Shown: positions 42,963-54,323, numbered from the stretch's first letter. The stretch: DNA of 64,000 bases from an uncultured Gammaproteobacteria bacterium (GCA_964535715.1 CAZHUO010000002.1:16916-80915), one strand, 5' to 3'. Made by a program: numbers and translations. The notes: generated by a model not told the origin, from the sequence alone.

Positions 42963-44135
42963 ATGAAATTATTAATTGCCACAGGCATCTACCCGCCTGA
43001 TATTGGCGGTCCGGCGACAATTTTAAAAGCTTTGGCTGACTCTTTAATCGGTTTGGGTATTAGCGTGAAAATAATTACTTACTCAGAGAAAACAGAAGTT
43101 GTTAAAGATAATGAGATTAAAATTTATAAAATAAACAAGAAAAGATTTTTTCTAAGGCGTTATTTTAGATATTTATATAGATTCTCAAAACTAGCCAAGT
43201 GGGCAGATCTAGTTTATGTAACGGATACTTATAGTGTTGGTTATTTTGCTTATTTGTTAAAAAAATTTTTAAATATAAAATATATTGTTCGCTTTGCCGG
43301 CGATAGCGCCTGGGAAATGTCTGTAGCAAACGGCTGGACTAACGATTATATCGTTGATTTTCAAAAGAAAATTTATAGCAAAAAAATTGAAAAATTAAAA
43401 AATCGTCGAAAGAAAATTTTGTTAAATGCCAACAAAGTAATTGCGGTTAGCAATTTTTTAGCCGATATTGCTGAAGCAATCGGTGTTGCCAAAGATAAAA
43501 TAGAAGTTATATATAATTCAATTGACTTTTTGGAAGATCCAATAAATTTAGTCCGAAAAACAGAAAATATTAAATTTAAGTATGGCAGAAATGCAAAAAT
43601 AATCGTTACTGCTTGCCGACTCACCCCTTGGAAGGGAGTGGCCGGAATTATAAAAATTTTGCCGGAATTAAAAAATAGAATTGGCAACGTAAATTTGCTT
43701 GTTTTAGGAGACGGACAAGAATTGGAAAATTTGAAAAGTTCGGCATTTAATTCTGGAGTTAAAGACGAAGTTATTTTTCTCGGTAAAATTAAACATCAAG
43801 ATATTATTAGTTATTTTAAAGCCGCCGATTTATTTATTCTCAATACAAACTATGAAGGTTTATCCCATACTATATTGGAAGCAATGAAATCCGAAGTGCC
43901 AATCATTACAACCAATATTGGCGGTAATCCGGAGGTAATTACCGACGGCAAAGAAGGTATGTTGATTAATTATGATGATCAGAAAGGCATGTTTGATTCA
44001 GCAGTAAAAATTTTATCCGATAAACAGTTTAGTGAAAGTTTAACTAATCAAGCGAAAGAAAAGTTGAAAGTTTTTAATTGGAAAGATGGCATGGAAAAAA
44101 CACTAGAATTATTAAAAAAAGTCAGCAATGAATAA
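42963..44135 (+). CDS. Glycosyltransferase family 4
   Basis: TNYEGLSHTILEAMKSEVPIITTNIGGNPEVI. Confidence 0.85.
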   Translation: MKLLIATGIYPPDIGGPATILKALADSLIGLGISVKIITYSEKTEVVKDNEIKIYKINKKRFFLRRYFRYLYRFSKLAKWADLVYVTDTYSVGYFAYLLKKFLNIKYIVRFAGDSAWEMSVANGWTNDYIVDFQKKIYSKKIEKLKNRRKKILLNANKVIAVSNFLADIAEAIGVAKDKIEVIYNSIDFLEDPINLVRKTENIKFKYGRNAKIIVTACRLTPWKGVAGIIKILPELKNRIGNVNLLVLGDGQELENLKSSAFNSGVKDEVIFLGKIKHQDIISYFKAADLFILNTNYEGLSHTILEAMKSEVPIITTNIGGNPEVITDGKEGMLINYDDQKGMFDSAVKILSDKQFSESLTNQAKEKLKVFNWKDGMEKTLELLKKVSNE

Positions 44136-45573
44136 GATATTATTAATAAATCCGGCTTTTAATATTGCCAAAGACAACTACGACAGTTCGATTTCAGTCG
44201 GATTATTAAGTATTGCCACATACTTAGATAGTCAAGGAGTAGGGGTGGAAATAGTTGATGGAGCAAGACAAAATAATTATTTGGATTTAATCAAAGCTAA
44301 AGCCTCAGGTTATAATTTTTTCGGCTTGTCGGTAATGACCACTCAAATCCCTGGTGCTTTAAAAATAAGCCAATTAATAAAAGATTTAAATCCAAACTGT
44401 AAAATTATTTGGGGTGGAACCCATCCAACCTTTTTTCCAAAAGAAACAATCGCACATCCTTTAGTTGATATTGTTTGTATTGGCGAAGGGGAATCTACCG
44501 TTTTGGATATAGCTAGCGGTAAAAGTTTAGAAGGAATTGACGGCATTGTCTATAAAAGGAATGATGAAATTATTACTAATCATCCGCGCAAATTGCACAA
44601 TCCCGCCGATATGCCTATTTTTAAATGGAGCCTGATACCGGAAGTGATTTTAAAAAAGTTGGAATTAGTTCCGTCTTTGACTTCGCGTGGTTGTCCGCAC
44701 CGTTGCACTTTTTGTATAAATGCTATTTTGAAAAATAAGTGGCGTGGTCGTACTGTTGATCAAGTTTTGAGTGATTTGGAAACTATAAAAAATAATATAT
44801 ATTTTAAGGGGAAAAATGTAAGATTTTGGGATGAAAATTTTTTTGTTGATATTAATAGATCTAAAGAAATTATCAACGGTATGATTGAAAGAAGTTTAGA
44901 AATACCGTGGGAAACAACAATCAGGGTTGATTATATTAAGGATGGGCAAGTTGATGATAATTTTTTGGCGAAAATTAAAAAGTCCGGCTGTTATCTTCTT
45001 TCTTTCGGAGCGGAATCGGGGTCATCGGAAATTTTAGCCAAGATAAAAAAGGATATTACTGCTGAAGAAATTTTGAATTCGGCAAGAATGTGTTTAAAAC
45101 ATAATATTATTCCTCAATATTCTTTTATGATCGGGTTGCCGGGTGAAAGCAAAAAGGATATGAAGATGACCCTGAAGGTTATTGATCGACTAGTTAAACT
45201 AAGCGATAAAGTTCAAATTCTTGGTCCTCAGGCTTTTAGGCCATATCCGGGATCCACTTTGTATGAAGAATGTATTACTGCTGGCTGGCAGGCTCCTAAA
45301 ACTTTGGAGGATTGGTCTCATTTGATAGAAAATGAATTAAGTTATCTAACTGTTCAAAATTTTCCCTGGGTTAAATATAAAAATTTTGTTGAATCAATGG
45401 AAGCCTATGTCCGTTTTGGCGCCCATAACATTAAAAGTGCAATGGGTTCAACTGTTAAGGCTAAAAAGCTGGTAAAATTAATTTTTGTTTTAATTTGTAA
45501 ATTAAGATGGAAGTTGAAATTTTTTGCCTGGCCAATAGAATTTAAATTAGCTAAAAGGTTTGTTACCAAGTAA
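44128..45573 (+). CDS. B12-binding domain radical SAM protein (class B-like)
   Basis: N-terminal B12-domain-like region (GLSVMTTQ, IIWGGTHPT) followed by TSRGCPHRCTFC (CX3CX2C). Confidence 0.8.
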   Translation: MNKILLINPAFNIAKDNYDSSISVGLLSIATYLDSQGVGVEIVDGARQNNYLDLIKAKASGYNFFGLSVMTTQIPGALKISQLIKDLNPNCKIIWGGTHPTFFPKETIAHPLVDIVCIGEGESTVLDIASGKSLEGIDGIVYKRNDEIITNHPRKLHNPADMPIFKWSLIPEVILKKLELVPSLTSRGCPHRCTFCINAILKNKWRGRTVDQVLSDLETIKNNIYFKGKNVRFWDENFFVDINRSKEIINGMIERSLEIPWETTIRVDYIKDGQVDDNFLAKIKKSGCYLLSFGAESGSSEILAKIKKDITAEEILNSARMCLKHNIIPQYSFMIGLPGESKKDMKMTLKVIDRLVKLSDKVQILGPQAFRPYPGSTLYEECITAGWQAPKTLEDWSHLIENELSYLTVQNFPWVKYKNFVESMEAYVRFGAHNIKSAMGSTVKAKKLVKLIFVLICKLRWKLKFFAWPIEFKLAKRFVTK

Positions 45574-45576
45574 AAT

Positions 45577-46686
45577 ATGAGAGTTTTAATGATCTCAATT
45601 GATAAAGGACTGCTTGGTCAAGGTCAACTTGGAGATGTAGTTGAGCGTCATATTGAATATGGAAAACAAGTTGAGAGGTTAGATATTATTGTTTTTTCTC
45701 ATAAAGGTTATAGAAATTATAAAATTTCTGAAAAAGTTACTTCTTATCCGACCAATTCAGCAAGTAAGTTTAGATATTTTTCTGATGCTTTAAAAATTGG
45801 AAAATGCTTATTTAAGGATAAACGGTATGACTTAATTGTCACTCAAGAGCCATTTTTAGCAGGTTTAGTTGGTGTTATTTTAAAAAAGAAATTTGGCAGT
45901 AAGTTATTGGTTCATTTTCACGGAGATTTTTGGAAAAATAAAAATTGGTTGAAAGAACATTGGGTTAACTATATATTTTTATTAATTTCAAAATTTGTCG
46001 TGCCAAAAGTCGATGGCATTAGAGTTATGAGTCAAGGACAAAAAGATAAATTAGTTAAAGTGGGAATTGATAAAAATAAAATCAGAGTAATTTCTACGCC
46101 GGTTGATTTGCAAAAATATTTAAATCAAGAATTAAGAATTAAGAGTCAAGAATCAAGAATAGTTTTACATGTTGGTAGGAACGATAAGGTTAAGGACTAT
46201 TCAACTTTAATTAAAGCATTTAAAATAGTCAGCCAAAAATTGCCAAATGCAAAATTTATTCAGGTCGGTGCGGACTCAGAAATTAAGAAAGCAATTGAAG
46301 ATTTTGGACCCATTGAAGTAGATATTTTAGGAAAAGTCAGTTCTGAAAATTTGATTAATATCTATAATCAATCTGACGTCGTTGTTTTAAGTTCAACTTC
46401 TGAAAGTTTTGGCAAGGTCCTAGTTGAAGCCAATGCCTGCGGCAAGCCGGTAGTTTCTACGGCTACGACAGGTGCTAAAGAAATAATCCAAGACGGTTAT
46501 AATGGCTATTTAGTATCGATCGGTGATGCTGAGGACTTGGCTGAGAAAATTTTATATCTTTTAAATAATCCAGAAGATGCCAAAGAGATGGGGAAAAAGG
46601 GCCGTAAACTGGTCAAAGAAAAATTTGGCAACAATATGGAAAGGATAATTAATTTTTGGCAAGAATTAACTTATGGCAAAAAGTAA
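45577..46686 (+). CDS. Glycosyltransferase family 4
   Basis: STSESFGKVLVEANACGKPVVSTATTGAKEII. Confidence 0.8.
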   Translation: MRVLMISIDKGLLGQGQLGDVVERHIEYGKQVERLDIIVFSHKGYRNYKISEKVTSYPTNSASKFRYFSDALKIGKCLFKDKRYDLIVTQEPFLAGLVGVILKKKFGSKLLVHFHGDFWKNKNWLKEHWVNYIFLLISKFVVPKVDGIRVMSQGQKDKLVKVGIDKNKIRVISTPVDLQKYLNQELRIKSQESRIVLHVGRNDKVKDYSTLIKAFKIVSQKLPNAKFIQVGADSEIKKAIEDFGPIEVDILGKVSSENLINIYNQSDVVVLSSTSESFGKVLVEANACGKPVVSTATTGAKEIIQDGYNGYLVSIGDAEDLAEKILYLLNNPEDAKEMGKKGRKLVKEKFGNNMERIINFWQELTYGKK

Positions 46687-47284
46687 ATTGTTTGAAGAAA
46701 AAATAATAAAAATTTTTACTGAAAAAAATAAAATTATTGATATTGGCGGGGGATTAAGAATTAATTCCGAAAAGAATAATCGTTTTGATGAAAATAACAA
46801 ATGGTTAAAGCCTTATTTGGAAAAGGTGAATTACTTGATTTTAGACAAAGTTTCAAGCTATAACCCCGATATTGTTGGCGATATTCACCAGCTCCCTTTG
46901 GCGGATAATTCCGTTGATGCGATTATTTGCATTGCGGTTTTGGAACATGTAGAAAATCCAATTAAGGCTTGTGAAGAAATTTATCGTGTTTTAAAACCCG
47001 GCGGCTATGTTTTTATTTATGTACCGTTTCTTTATTATTATCATCCAATGGAAGGGTATTATCAAGATTTTTATCGTTTTACAATCGATGGTGTAAAATA
47101 TCTGTTGCGCAATTTTAGAAATCTGGAAATAGAAAAAGTCAGAGGACCGCTAGAAACATTAAATAATTTATTGCCGGGAAAGATTTCTCGCCGAACTGCT
47201 TTTATCGCCAGATTTTTTGACCGGTTTATAAAGCGGCCAAGAAACAATGTTGTTAGCGGATTTTATATATTTTGTGTTAAATAG
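46673..47284 (+). CDS. Class I SAM-dependent methyltransferase
   Basis: VDAIICIAVLEHVENP...YRVLKPGGYVFI. Confidence 0.75.
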   Translation: MAKSKLFEEKIIKIFTEKNKIIDIGGGLRINSEKNNRFDENNKWLKPYLEKVNYLILDKVSSYNPDIVGDIHQLPLADNSVDAIICIAVLEHVENPIKACEEIYRVLKPGGYVFIYVPFLYYYHPMEGYYQDFYRFTIDGVKYLLRNFRNLEIEKVRGPLETLNNLLPGKISRRTAFIARFFDRFIKRPRNNVVSGFYIFCVK

Positions 47285-48322
47285 ATGAAATTATTAATGA
47301 TAACCAGAAAAGTTGACAGAAACGAGCATTTAGCCGGGTTCATTTATAATTGGGTTAAAAAAATTGGAGAGCAAGTTGAAGAGCTTAGAGTCATTAGCTG
47401 GCAGGAAGGGGACAGCTCTGGCTTGCTGGAAAATATCAAAGTTTGGCATTTGCCGACTAATGGCAATAAGCTTATAAAGATCATAAAATTTAAATTATTA
47501 GTTTGGAAAAATCTAAATGGTGTTGACGGAATTTTTTGTCATCAAATGCCAATTTATACTATCATCGCCGGATCTTTGGCCCGTTTACGTGGCAAAAAGG
47601 TGGTGAGCTGGTACATGCATCGTCAGATTGACCTTAAGGTAAGGCTGATGGAAAAAATCGCTAATGTAATTTTGTCTGCTTCAAAGGAAAGTTTTAGGCT
47701 CCCCTCTAAAAAATTGGTCACTACTGGCCACGGGATTGATACAAAGCTTTTTAAGCCGGCTGAAAAAATGCCAGAAAATATTTTTAAAATAATCAGTATT
47801 GGACGGATTTCGCCAACCAAAGATTATGAATCAATGATTAAGGCAGTTGATATTTTAGCCGAGCAGGGGATTGATAATATAAAATTAACTATCATCGGCG
47901 ATGCCGGATTGTCTGATCAAAAATCTTATTTTGAAAATTTAAAACAGATGACAGAAAAAATGAATTTGTCCGAAAAAGTTGAGTTTTTAGGGCCAAAACC
48001 CAATCATGAAATTCCCCTTTATTTACAACAGTCGGATTTGTTTATTAATATGAGCAAAACAGGAAGTATTGACAAGGCGGTTTTGGAAGCAATGAGCTGC
48101 GGTTGTTTGGTTTTAACTGCTAATGAATCTTTTCTTGAAATTTTACCACCCGAGATGCAGACTGAAAGGGATAATCCGCAGAAGTTGGCAGAAAAGACCA
48201 AGCGGCTGATAAATTTATCGCCGGAAAAAACCAGACAGTTTTATCAGCAGCTAAGGCAAGAAGTTGTCAATAATCATAATCTGGATAATTTAGTAAAAAA
48301 AATTATTAATCAGTTTTCCTAA
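47285..48322 (+). CDS. Glycosyltransferase family 4-like
   Basis: SKTGSIDKAVLEAMSCGCLVLTAN. GT-B layout. Confidence 0.7.
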   Translation: MKLLMITRKVDRNEHLAGFIYNWVKKIGEQVEELRVISWQEGDSSGLLENIKVWHLPTNGNKLIKIIKFKLLVWKNLNGVDGIFCHQMPIYTIIAGSLARLRGKKVVSWYMHRQIDLKVRLMEKIANVILSASKESFRLPSKKLVTTGHGIDTKLFKPAEKMPENIFKIISIGRISPTKDYESMIKAVDILAEQGIDNIKLTIIGDAGLSDQKSYFENLKQMTEKMNLSEKVEFLGPKPNHEIPLYLQQSDLFINMSKTGSIDKAVLEAMSCGCLVLTANESFLEILPPEMQTERDNPQKLAEKTKRLINLSPEKTRQFYQQLRQEVVNNHNLDNLVKKIINQFS

Positions 48323-48326
48323 AATA

Positions 48327-49238
48327 ATGAATTTAAAAAATATTAAATTGCAATTTTTTTATCTTCGCAAGTCTTTTTTTCAATATAAAAAAGGTTTTGA
48401 ATATGTTTATTATAAACATATTTTAGCTCCAAAAATTTTAAAAATTAATAAAGTTTTAGAAAAGCCAATTAACAATAATGATTTGTCAATTCATATTTTG
48501 ACTTGCCATAAGGATTTAGTAATAACGGTCTGGTCACTGGCAAGTTTTTACAACAATATTGAGTTATCTGGTCAACTATTCATTCATAATGATGGAAGCT
48601 TAAACTCAGCAGATCAAGATATATTGAAAAAATTTTTTCCAAACTCAAAAATAATCAACCCGAATTACTTATTTGAAAAGTATAGTGATAAATTGGATGC
48701 CTATCCGATGATAAAAAAATTTAGGTTGGAATTTAATGGCTATTTTTTGCTAAAAAAATTGATTGATCCCTATTTTATTTCTGACAAAAAAATTCGATTG
48801 GTTATTGATTCAGATTTGTTATGGTTTTTTCCGCCGACGGAAATTATCGACGCCATTAATGGAAATGGAATAGGAAGTCGGTCATTAATGATGAAAAACA
48901 ATAGAAGTTGTTATATCTATTTTAATGACGGCAAGTTAAACGATGATTTAGCTTCTTTTAATTCCGGAATTGTTCTATATAGCAAGGCTGATTTTAATTT
49001 AGATAAATTATCAGATTATTTAAGTAAGATTGATATTGAAAATAAGGAAAATGCCCATTTTATTGAACAGGCTGGTTATGCCTATTGTCTAAATAATCTA
49101 ATTTCGTTGCCTGAAAATTTATATACTATAAAAGATAAAGTTGAAGGTAATACAGTGGTTAAGCATTATACCAGTCCGCGTCGTCCGTTATTTTTTATTG
49201 AGGGTTTGAAAAATTTAAAAAATAAATTATTAAAGTAA
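48327..49238 (+). CDS. Hypothetical protein, possible GT-A-type sugar transferase
   Basis: LVIDSDLLWF (DxD-like), context within a glycan cluster. Weak. Confidence 0.35.
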   Translation: MNLKNIKLQFFYLRKSFFQYKKGFEYVYYKHILAPKILKINKVLEKPINNNDLSIHILTCHKDLVITVWSLASFYNNIELSGQLFIHNDGSLNSADQDILKKFFPNSKIINPNYLFEKYSDKLDAYPMIKKFRLEFNGYFLLKKLIDPYFISDKKIRLVIDSDLLWFFPPTEIIDAINGNGIGSRSLMMKNNRSCYIYFNDGKLNDDLASFNSGIVLYSKADFNLDKLSDYLSKIDIENKENAHFIEQAGYAYCLNNLISLPENLYTIKDKVEGNTVVKHYTSPRRPLFFIEGLKNLKNKLLK

Positions 49239-51083
49239 ATGTGTGGTATAAATGGTTTTAATTGGCAAGACGAAGGATTGATAAAAAAAATGAATCAGCG
49301 AATTAGTCATCGTGGTTTTGATGATAGTGGATTTTTTCTTACTCAAAATGTTTCTCTTGGCCACCAGCGACTATCAATTCTTGATTTGTCAGAAAAAGGC
49401 CACCAGCCGATGAGTTTCAAAAATTTGACCATTATTTATAATGGTGAACTTTATAATTATCAGGAGATTAGAGATGAATTAAAAAAAAGCGGTCATCAAT
49501 TTGAATCTGATACGGACACGGAGGTAATTTTAAAAAGTTACTATGCCTGGGGAACTAAATGTTTAGATAAATTTAATGGGATTTTTGTTTTAGCAATTTT
49601 GGATCAGAAAAAACAGGAGTTATTCTTAGCGCGCGATCAAATTGGAGTTAAGCCTTTATTTTATTATTTAAAGGATAAAACATTTATCTTTTCTTCAGAA
49701 ATTAAGGCAATCTTAGAACATAAGATTGATAAGACTATCTTACCGGAACGAATAAGTTTTGTTTACAAAATGTCTTGCCTGCCCGGGGAATTGACCATGT
49801 TTAAATACATTCATCAATTACCGGCTGCCCATTATGTTGTTTTTAAAAATAATTTTTTGGTTAAAAAATGTTATTGGCAATTGACCGATTTTACGGATAT
49901 AAATAATAAAGATGAAATAGCAACAAAAATAAGGGAAATTTTGAACGATTCAGTAAAAAAGCAAATGATTAGCGATGTGCCATTGGGAGTTTTTTTGTCT
50001 GGTGGTATTGATTCTAGCGTGATAACGATGTTGGCAAGTCGGCATTCCCATCAGCCGGTTAAAACTTTTTCCGTTGGTTTTGATGTCGAGCAAGAATCAG
50101 AGAAGTTCAATGCCGATTTTTATTTAGCGCGCCAGACTGCTCAATATTTTAAAACTGATCATCAAGAATTATTTTTAAAAAAAGGACAAGCTCTCCAATA
50201 TATGGATTTTTTGGCTGATAATTTGGAAATGCCTAACAACATGACGACTTCTATTCCGAGTTTTTGGTTATCAAAATGGGCTAAAAAACAGGTTAGTGTA
50301 GTTTTAGGCGGAGATGGCGGAGATGAACTTTTTGGCGGTTATCAGCGCTATCAGCTTAGCCTAATTATTTCCAATTGGTTAAGAATTCCTTCGTTATTAC
50401 GCAAGGTGGCACCTTACAAATTAATTGAGGTGATTGCAAAAAAGAGAGATTTGATCTCTCGGCTTAGAACTGAGGATGAACTTAAACGCTATCTTAGCTT
50501 TAAGTGCCACCGAGATGAAGATGCACCAGCTATTTTTAAAGAAATTTATAAGCCCGAATTGGTTGATGAATATTTAGCTGAAAATTTTTTTAGGAAGCCT
50601 TTGCCGACTAAAGATTTTGAAAAATATTTTATGCTTGTAGATTTACAAACTTGGCTTGTTGATCATTCATTAATTAGATCAGACAAGGTGACAATGAACT
50701 TTGCCTTAGAAGAACGTGTTCCAATGCTTGATCGTAGATTAGTTGAGCTTTCTGTAAAAATTCCAACAAAATATAAACTAGATTCAAGAAATACAAAAAA
50801 GATTTTCAAAGAAACTTTTAAAAATGATTTGCCAGAATTTTTGTTTAATCAGCCAAAGCGTGGCTGGCTTGCGCCGGCGGCAAAATGGTTAAGATTTGAA
50901 ATGAAAGAATTTGCTTATGATGTTTTATCTGATAATTTTGTTCCGGAATCAAAAAATTATTTTGATTTAAAATTAGCTAGAGATTTGCTAGATAAACACA
51001 TAAAAGGCGAACGGTATAATCTTCATTTGCTTTGGATATTAATAACTTGGCAGCTTTGGTATAAAAAAAATATTTTGAGATAA
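49239..51083 (+). CDS. asnB: Asparagine synthase (glutamine-hydrolysing) family amidotransferase
   Basis: N-terminal MCGI nucleophile. PP-loop FLSGGIDSS. Confidence 0.85.
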   Translation: MCGINGFNWQDEGLIKKMNQRISHRGFDDSGFFLTQNVSLGHQRLSILDLSEKGHQPMSFKNLTIIYNGELYNYQEIRDELKKSGHQFESDTDTEVILKSYYAWGTKCLDKFNGIFVLAILDQKKQELFLARDQIGVKPLFYYLKDKTFIFSSEIKAILEHKIDKTILPERISFVYKMSCLPGELTMFKYIHQLPAAHYVVFKNNFLVKKCYWQLTDFTDINNKDEIATKIREILNDSVKKQMISDVPLGVFLSGGIDSSVITMLASRHSHQPVKTFSVGFDVEQESEKFNADFYLARQTAQYFKTDHQELFLKKGQALQYMDFLADNLEMPNNMTTSIPSFWLSKWAKKQVSVVLGGDGGDELFGGYQRYQLSLIISNWLRIPSLLRKVAPYKLIEVIAKKRDLISRLRTEDELKRYLSFKCHRDEDAPAIFKEIYKPELVDEYLAENFFRKPLPTKDFEKYFMLVDLQTWLVDHSLIRSDKVTMNFALEERVPMLDRRLVELSVKIPTKYKLDSRNTKKIFKETFKNDLPEFLFNQPKRGWLAPAAKWLRFEMKEFAYDVLSDNFVPESKNYFDLKLARDLLDKHIKGERYNLHLLWILITWQLWYKKNILR

Positions 51084-51086
51084 TTT

Positions 51087-51710
51087 ATGTCCGATTCTAA
51101 CATTTTAAACCCGGATGAATATTTAGGAAGATCCTATCTTAATAAAGAAAGATGGGTTAGTTATTCATTGCAGATAAAACTTATCAGCGAGTTTGTTGCT
51201 AAAGGGGAGATTTTAGAAATAGGAGTCGGAAATAAAATTGTAGCTGATTTTTTAAGTAAAAAATATAAGCTAACTACAGTTGATATTAATCCCGACTTAA
51301 AGCCTGATATTATAGCCTCAGTAAATAATTTAATCAGCTTGGTTGATCGTAAATTTGATGCCTCGCTTTGTTTTGAAGTTTTGGAACACTTGCCTTATAG
51401 TGAATTTAAAAATTGCTTGTCAGAGTTAAGACGTGTCAGCCGAAGCTATGTTTTATTGTCTTTGCCGTACTGGGGATATACTTTCGGCTTTAAGATAAAA
51501 ATTCCTGTTTTGGGCGAATGGGTTTTTAAATTTAAAGTTACTTCTTTAAAAAAACATCAGTTCAACGGCCAGCATTACTGGGAGCTAGGAAAGAAAGGTT
51601 ACCAGCTTAGGAGAATAAAAAAAGATATCATTGATTCTGATTTTAAAATAGTTAAATCATTTTGGGATTTGGATGATCCTTATCATTATTATTTTGTATT
51701 AATGAAATAA
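51087..51710 (+). CDS. Class I SAM-dependent methyltransferase
   Basis: ILEIGVGNK and FDASLCFEVLEHL. Confidence 0.65.
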   Translation: MSDSNILNPDEYLGRSYLNKERWVSYSLQIKLISEFVAKGEILEIGVGNKIVADFLSKKYKLTTVDINPDLKPDIIASVNNLISLVDRKFDASLCFEVLEHLPYSEFKNCLSELRRVSRSYVLLSLPYWGYTFGFKIKIPVLGEWVFKFKVTSLKKHQFNGQHYWELGKKGYQLRRIKKDIIDSDFKIVKSFWDLDDPYHYYFVLMK

Positions 51711-51713
51711 AAT

Positions 51714-52889
51714 ATGAAAATTTTATATATTGCTAACGCCCGAATACCGACAGAAAAAGCGCATGGTTATCAGATTATGAAAATGTGTGAATCATTTTCT
51801 AAAATTGGTTTTAAGCTTGAACTGATATTGCCAACCAGAAGGAATAAAGAATTAAGCGGCATAATACTGTTTGATTATTATAGAGTGAAGAATATTTTTA
51901 AAATAACTAAAATTTTTTGTCCTGATCCGTATTTTTTACTTAAATTTCCAAAAGGTGTATTCATTAAATTTCAAACTTTATTTTTTGGCATTAGCTTATT
52001 TTTTTATTTACTTTTGAAAAAAAATAAAAAAGGATATATTTTTTACACCCGTGATGAGCATTTATTACCAATTTTATTTTTATTTTCAAAAAAGGTTGTG
52101 TGGGAGAGTCATAATTTGCCCAGTCATAAATTAAAATATTCAGCCATTTGGAAAAAATGTTTTAGAATTATTGCCATAACACAAGGTTTAAAGGATGATT
52201 TAATTAAATTAGGTATTGGTTCAAAAAAGATTTTAGTTGCGCCTGATGGCGTAGACTTGGCAGATTTTGATAATTTACCTGATAATCAAAATGAACTAAG
52301 ATTGGAATTAAAGCTTCCGTTGGATAAAAAAATAATTCTTTACTCAGGGCATTTGTATGATTGGAAAGGTGCCCTTATTTTTGCTGAATCTGCCAAATTT
52401 TTTTCGGAAAATAGTTTAGCTGTTTTTCTTGGAGGTACAGATGATGATATAAAAAGCTTCAAGACAAAGTATGGAAATTATGGCAATATTTTAATTTTAG
52501 GAAGAGTGGAAAAAAGTCAGGTTGCAAAATATTTAAAAGCAGCGGATATATTGGTTTTGCCTAACTCCGCAAAACTGGAAATCTCAGCCAGATATACCTC
52601 TCCGCTAAAACTTTTTGAATATATGGCATCAGGCAAGCCTATTGTGTCCAGTAATCTCCCGGCCATTAGAGAGATATTGAGTGAAAACAGCGCTTTATTG
52701 GTTGAGCCGGATAGCGCCAAAGACTTGGCTGATGGTATTTTTAAATTGCTTAGTGATGATATTATTTCTCATCATTTGTCAAAACAAGCTTTACTTGGCG
52801 TTCAAAAGTATTCTTGGGAAAAAAGAGCTGACAATATTTTAGACTTCATTAAAGATGGTAATTTGGCAAAAAATCAAGAAAAATTGTAA
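51714..52889 (+). CDS. Glycosyltransferase family 4
   Basis: RYTSPLKLFEYMASGKPIVSSNLPAIREIL. Confidence 0.8.
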   Translation: MKILYIANARIPTEKAHGYQIMKMCESFSKIGFKLELILPTRRNKELSGIILFDYYRVKNIFKITKIFCPDPYFLLKFPKGVFIKFQTLFFGISLFFYLLLKKNKKGYIFYTRDEHLLPILFLFSKKVVWESHNLPSHKLKYSAIWKKCFRIIAITQGLKDDLIKLGIGSKKILVAPDGVDLADFDNLPDNQNELRLELKLPLDKKIILYSGHLYDWKGALIFAESAKFFSENSLAVFLGGTDDDIKSFKTKYGNYGNILILGRVEKSQVAKYLKAADILVLPNSAKLEISARYTSPLKLFEYMASGKPIVSSNLPAIREILSENSALLVEPDSAKDLADGIFKLLSDDIISHHLSKQALLGVQKYSWEKRADNILDFIKDGNLAKNQEKL

Positions 52890-52982
52890 TTTAGCAAATT
52901 AGCCCAATGGCTAAATATTAATTTGTCAGCAGTGGTTTTTTTTGATATAATTAGTATAATTTATTTTTTATTTATTTGAAAA

Positions 52983-53720
52983 ATGCCAGAAAATATTACA
53001 GTCAATAAGTTTTCGATTTCAGTTTTTTTTCCCTGTTATAATGATAAGGGGACTATTGCCACTTTGGTAATAGAAGCAAAAGCGGTATTAGAAAAAATTA
53101 CTGATGATTATGAAATAATCGTTATTGATGACGGCTCAACCGATGGCAGCCGTGATTTGCTTTTGGAATTAAAGGCAAGTGTTCCTCAGCTGCGCATAGT
53201 TTTTCATCAACAAAACGAAGGATATGGTTGCGTATTACAGACCGGTTTTAAGACGGCAACCAAAGAATTAGTTTTTTATACCGATGGCGATGGCCAATAT
53301 GATGTTAAAGAATTGCCAAAATTATTGGAAAAAATGGCTGAAGGCATTGATATAGTTAACGGTTATAAAATTAAGCGTTCCGACCCATTACATAGGATTA
53401 TTATCGGATATACTTATCAGGAAGTGATGCGCTTGGCTTTTTGGCTGCCGATTAAAGATCCTGACTGCGATTTTCGGCTAATGCGGCGAAAAATTTTTGA
53501 TAAAGTAAGTTTGAAAAGCAAAACAGGAACTGTCTGCATCGAGCTTGTTAAAAGGATAGATCGGGCCGGGTTTAAATTTGCTGAAGTCGGAGTGAGCCAT
53601 TATTTCAGAACATATGGTAAATCTCAGTTCTTTAACTTCCCTAGGGTTTTCCGAAGCTTGGTTCAGCTTGGACTTTTATGGCTCGAATTAATGATTTTTA
53701 ATAGGAAAAATATAAAATAA
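52983..53720 (+). CDS. Glycosyltransferase family 2 (polyprenol-phosphate sugar transferase-like)
   Basis: YEIIVIDDGSTDGS and YTDGDGQY. Confidence 0.85.
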   Translation: MPENITVNKFSISVFFPCYNDKGTIATLVIEAKAVLEKITDDYEIIVIDDGSTDGSRDLLLELKASVPQLRIVFHQQNEGYGCVLQTGFKTATKELVFYTDGDGQYDVKELPKLLEKMAEGIDIVNGYKIKRSDPLHRIIIGYTYQEVMRLAFWLPIKDPDCDFRLMRRKIFDKVSLKSKTGTVCIELVKRIDRAGFKFAEVGVSHYFRTYGKSQFFNFPRVFRSLVQLGLLWLELMIFNRKNIK

Positions 53721-54307
53721 TGAAAAATATGCTTAAAAAATTTTTGACAGTTCCTTGGGTTTCAATTTTTTTAAGAAGAATTGTTGAAAATAATTTTAAA
53801 AAGGAAAAAGAGTTAATAAAAAAATATTTTTCAATTATTAATGATCAGATATTGGATTTAGGTTGCGGAACCGGAGAATTCTCAGTTTTTTTTCCCCCAG
53901 AAAAATATATCGGAATTGATATTGATTTGGAAAATATCAAATATGCTTCTTCCCATTATAAAGGAAATTTTTTAGTTGCTGATGCTAAAAATATGCTTTT
54001 TCCAGACAACAGTTTTTCTAATGTTCTGGTTATCGGAGTTTTTCATCATCTATCTGACCAGGATTGCCAACTAGTCTTGGCAGAAATTAAAAGAGTTTTG
54101 AAGCCGCAAGGCAGATTATTGATTATGGAAGATACTATCGATAAAAATATGCTTTCAAAAATTATTAATTATTTTGATCAAGGGAAATACATCAGAAAAA
54201 AGGAAGAATGGAAAAGAATTTTCAGCGAATTGTGGCATATTGAAAAAGAATCTGATTTCAGAGCCGGAATTTGCTTTTACTCCGCCTATTTATTAAAAAA
54301 TAAATAA
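53720..54307 (+). CDS. Class I SAM-dependent methyltransferase
   Basis: ILDLGCGTGEF, VIGVFHHL, LKPQGRLLIME. Confidence 0.8.
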   Translation: MKNMLKKFLTVPWVSIFLRRIVENNFKKEKELIKKYFSIINDQILDLGCGTGEFSVFFPPEKYIGIDIDLENIKYASSHYKGNFLVADAKNMLFPDNSFSNVLVIGVFHHLSDQDCQLVLAEIKRVLKPQGRLLIMEDTIDKNMLSKIINYFDQGKYIRKKEEWKRIFSELWHIEKESDFRAGICFYSAYLLKNK

Positions 54308-54323
54308 ATTTTAACTTAAAATT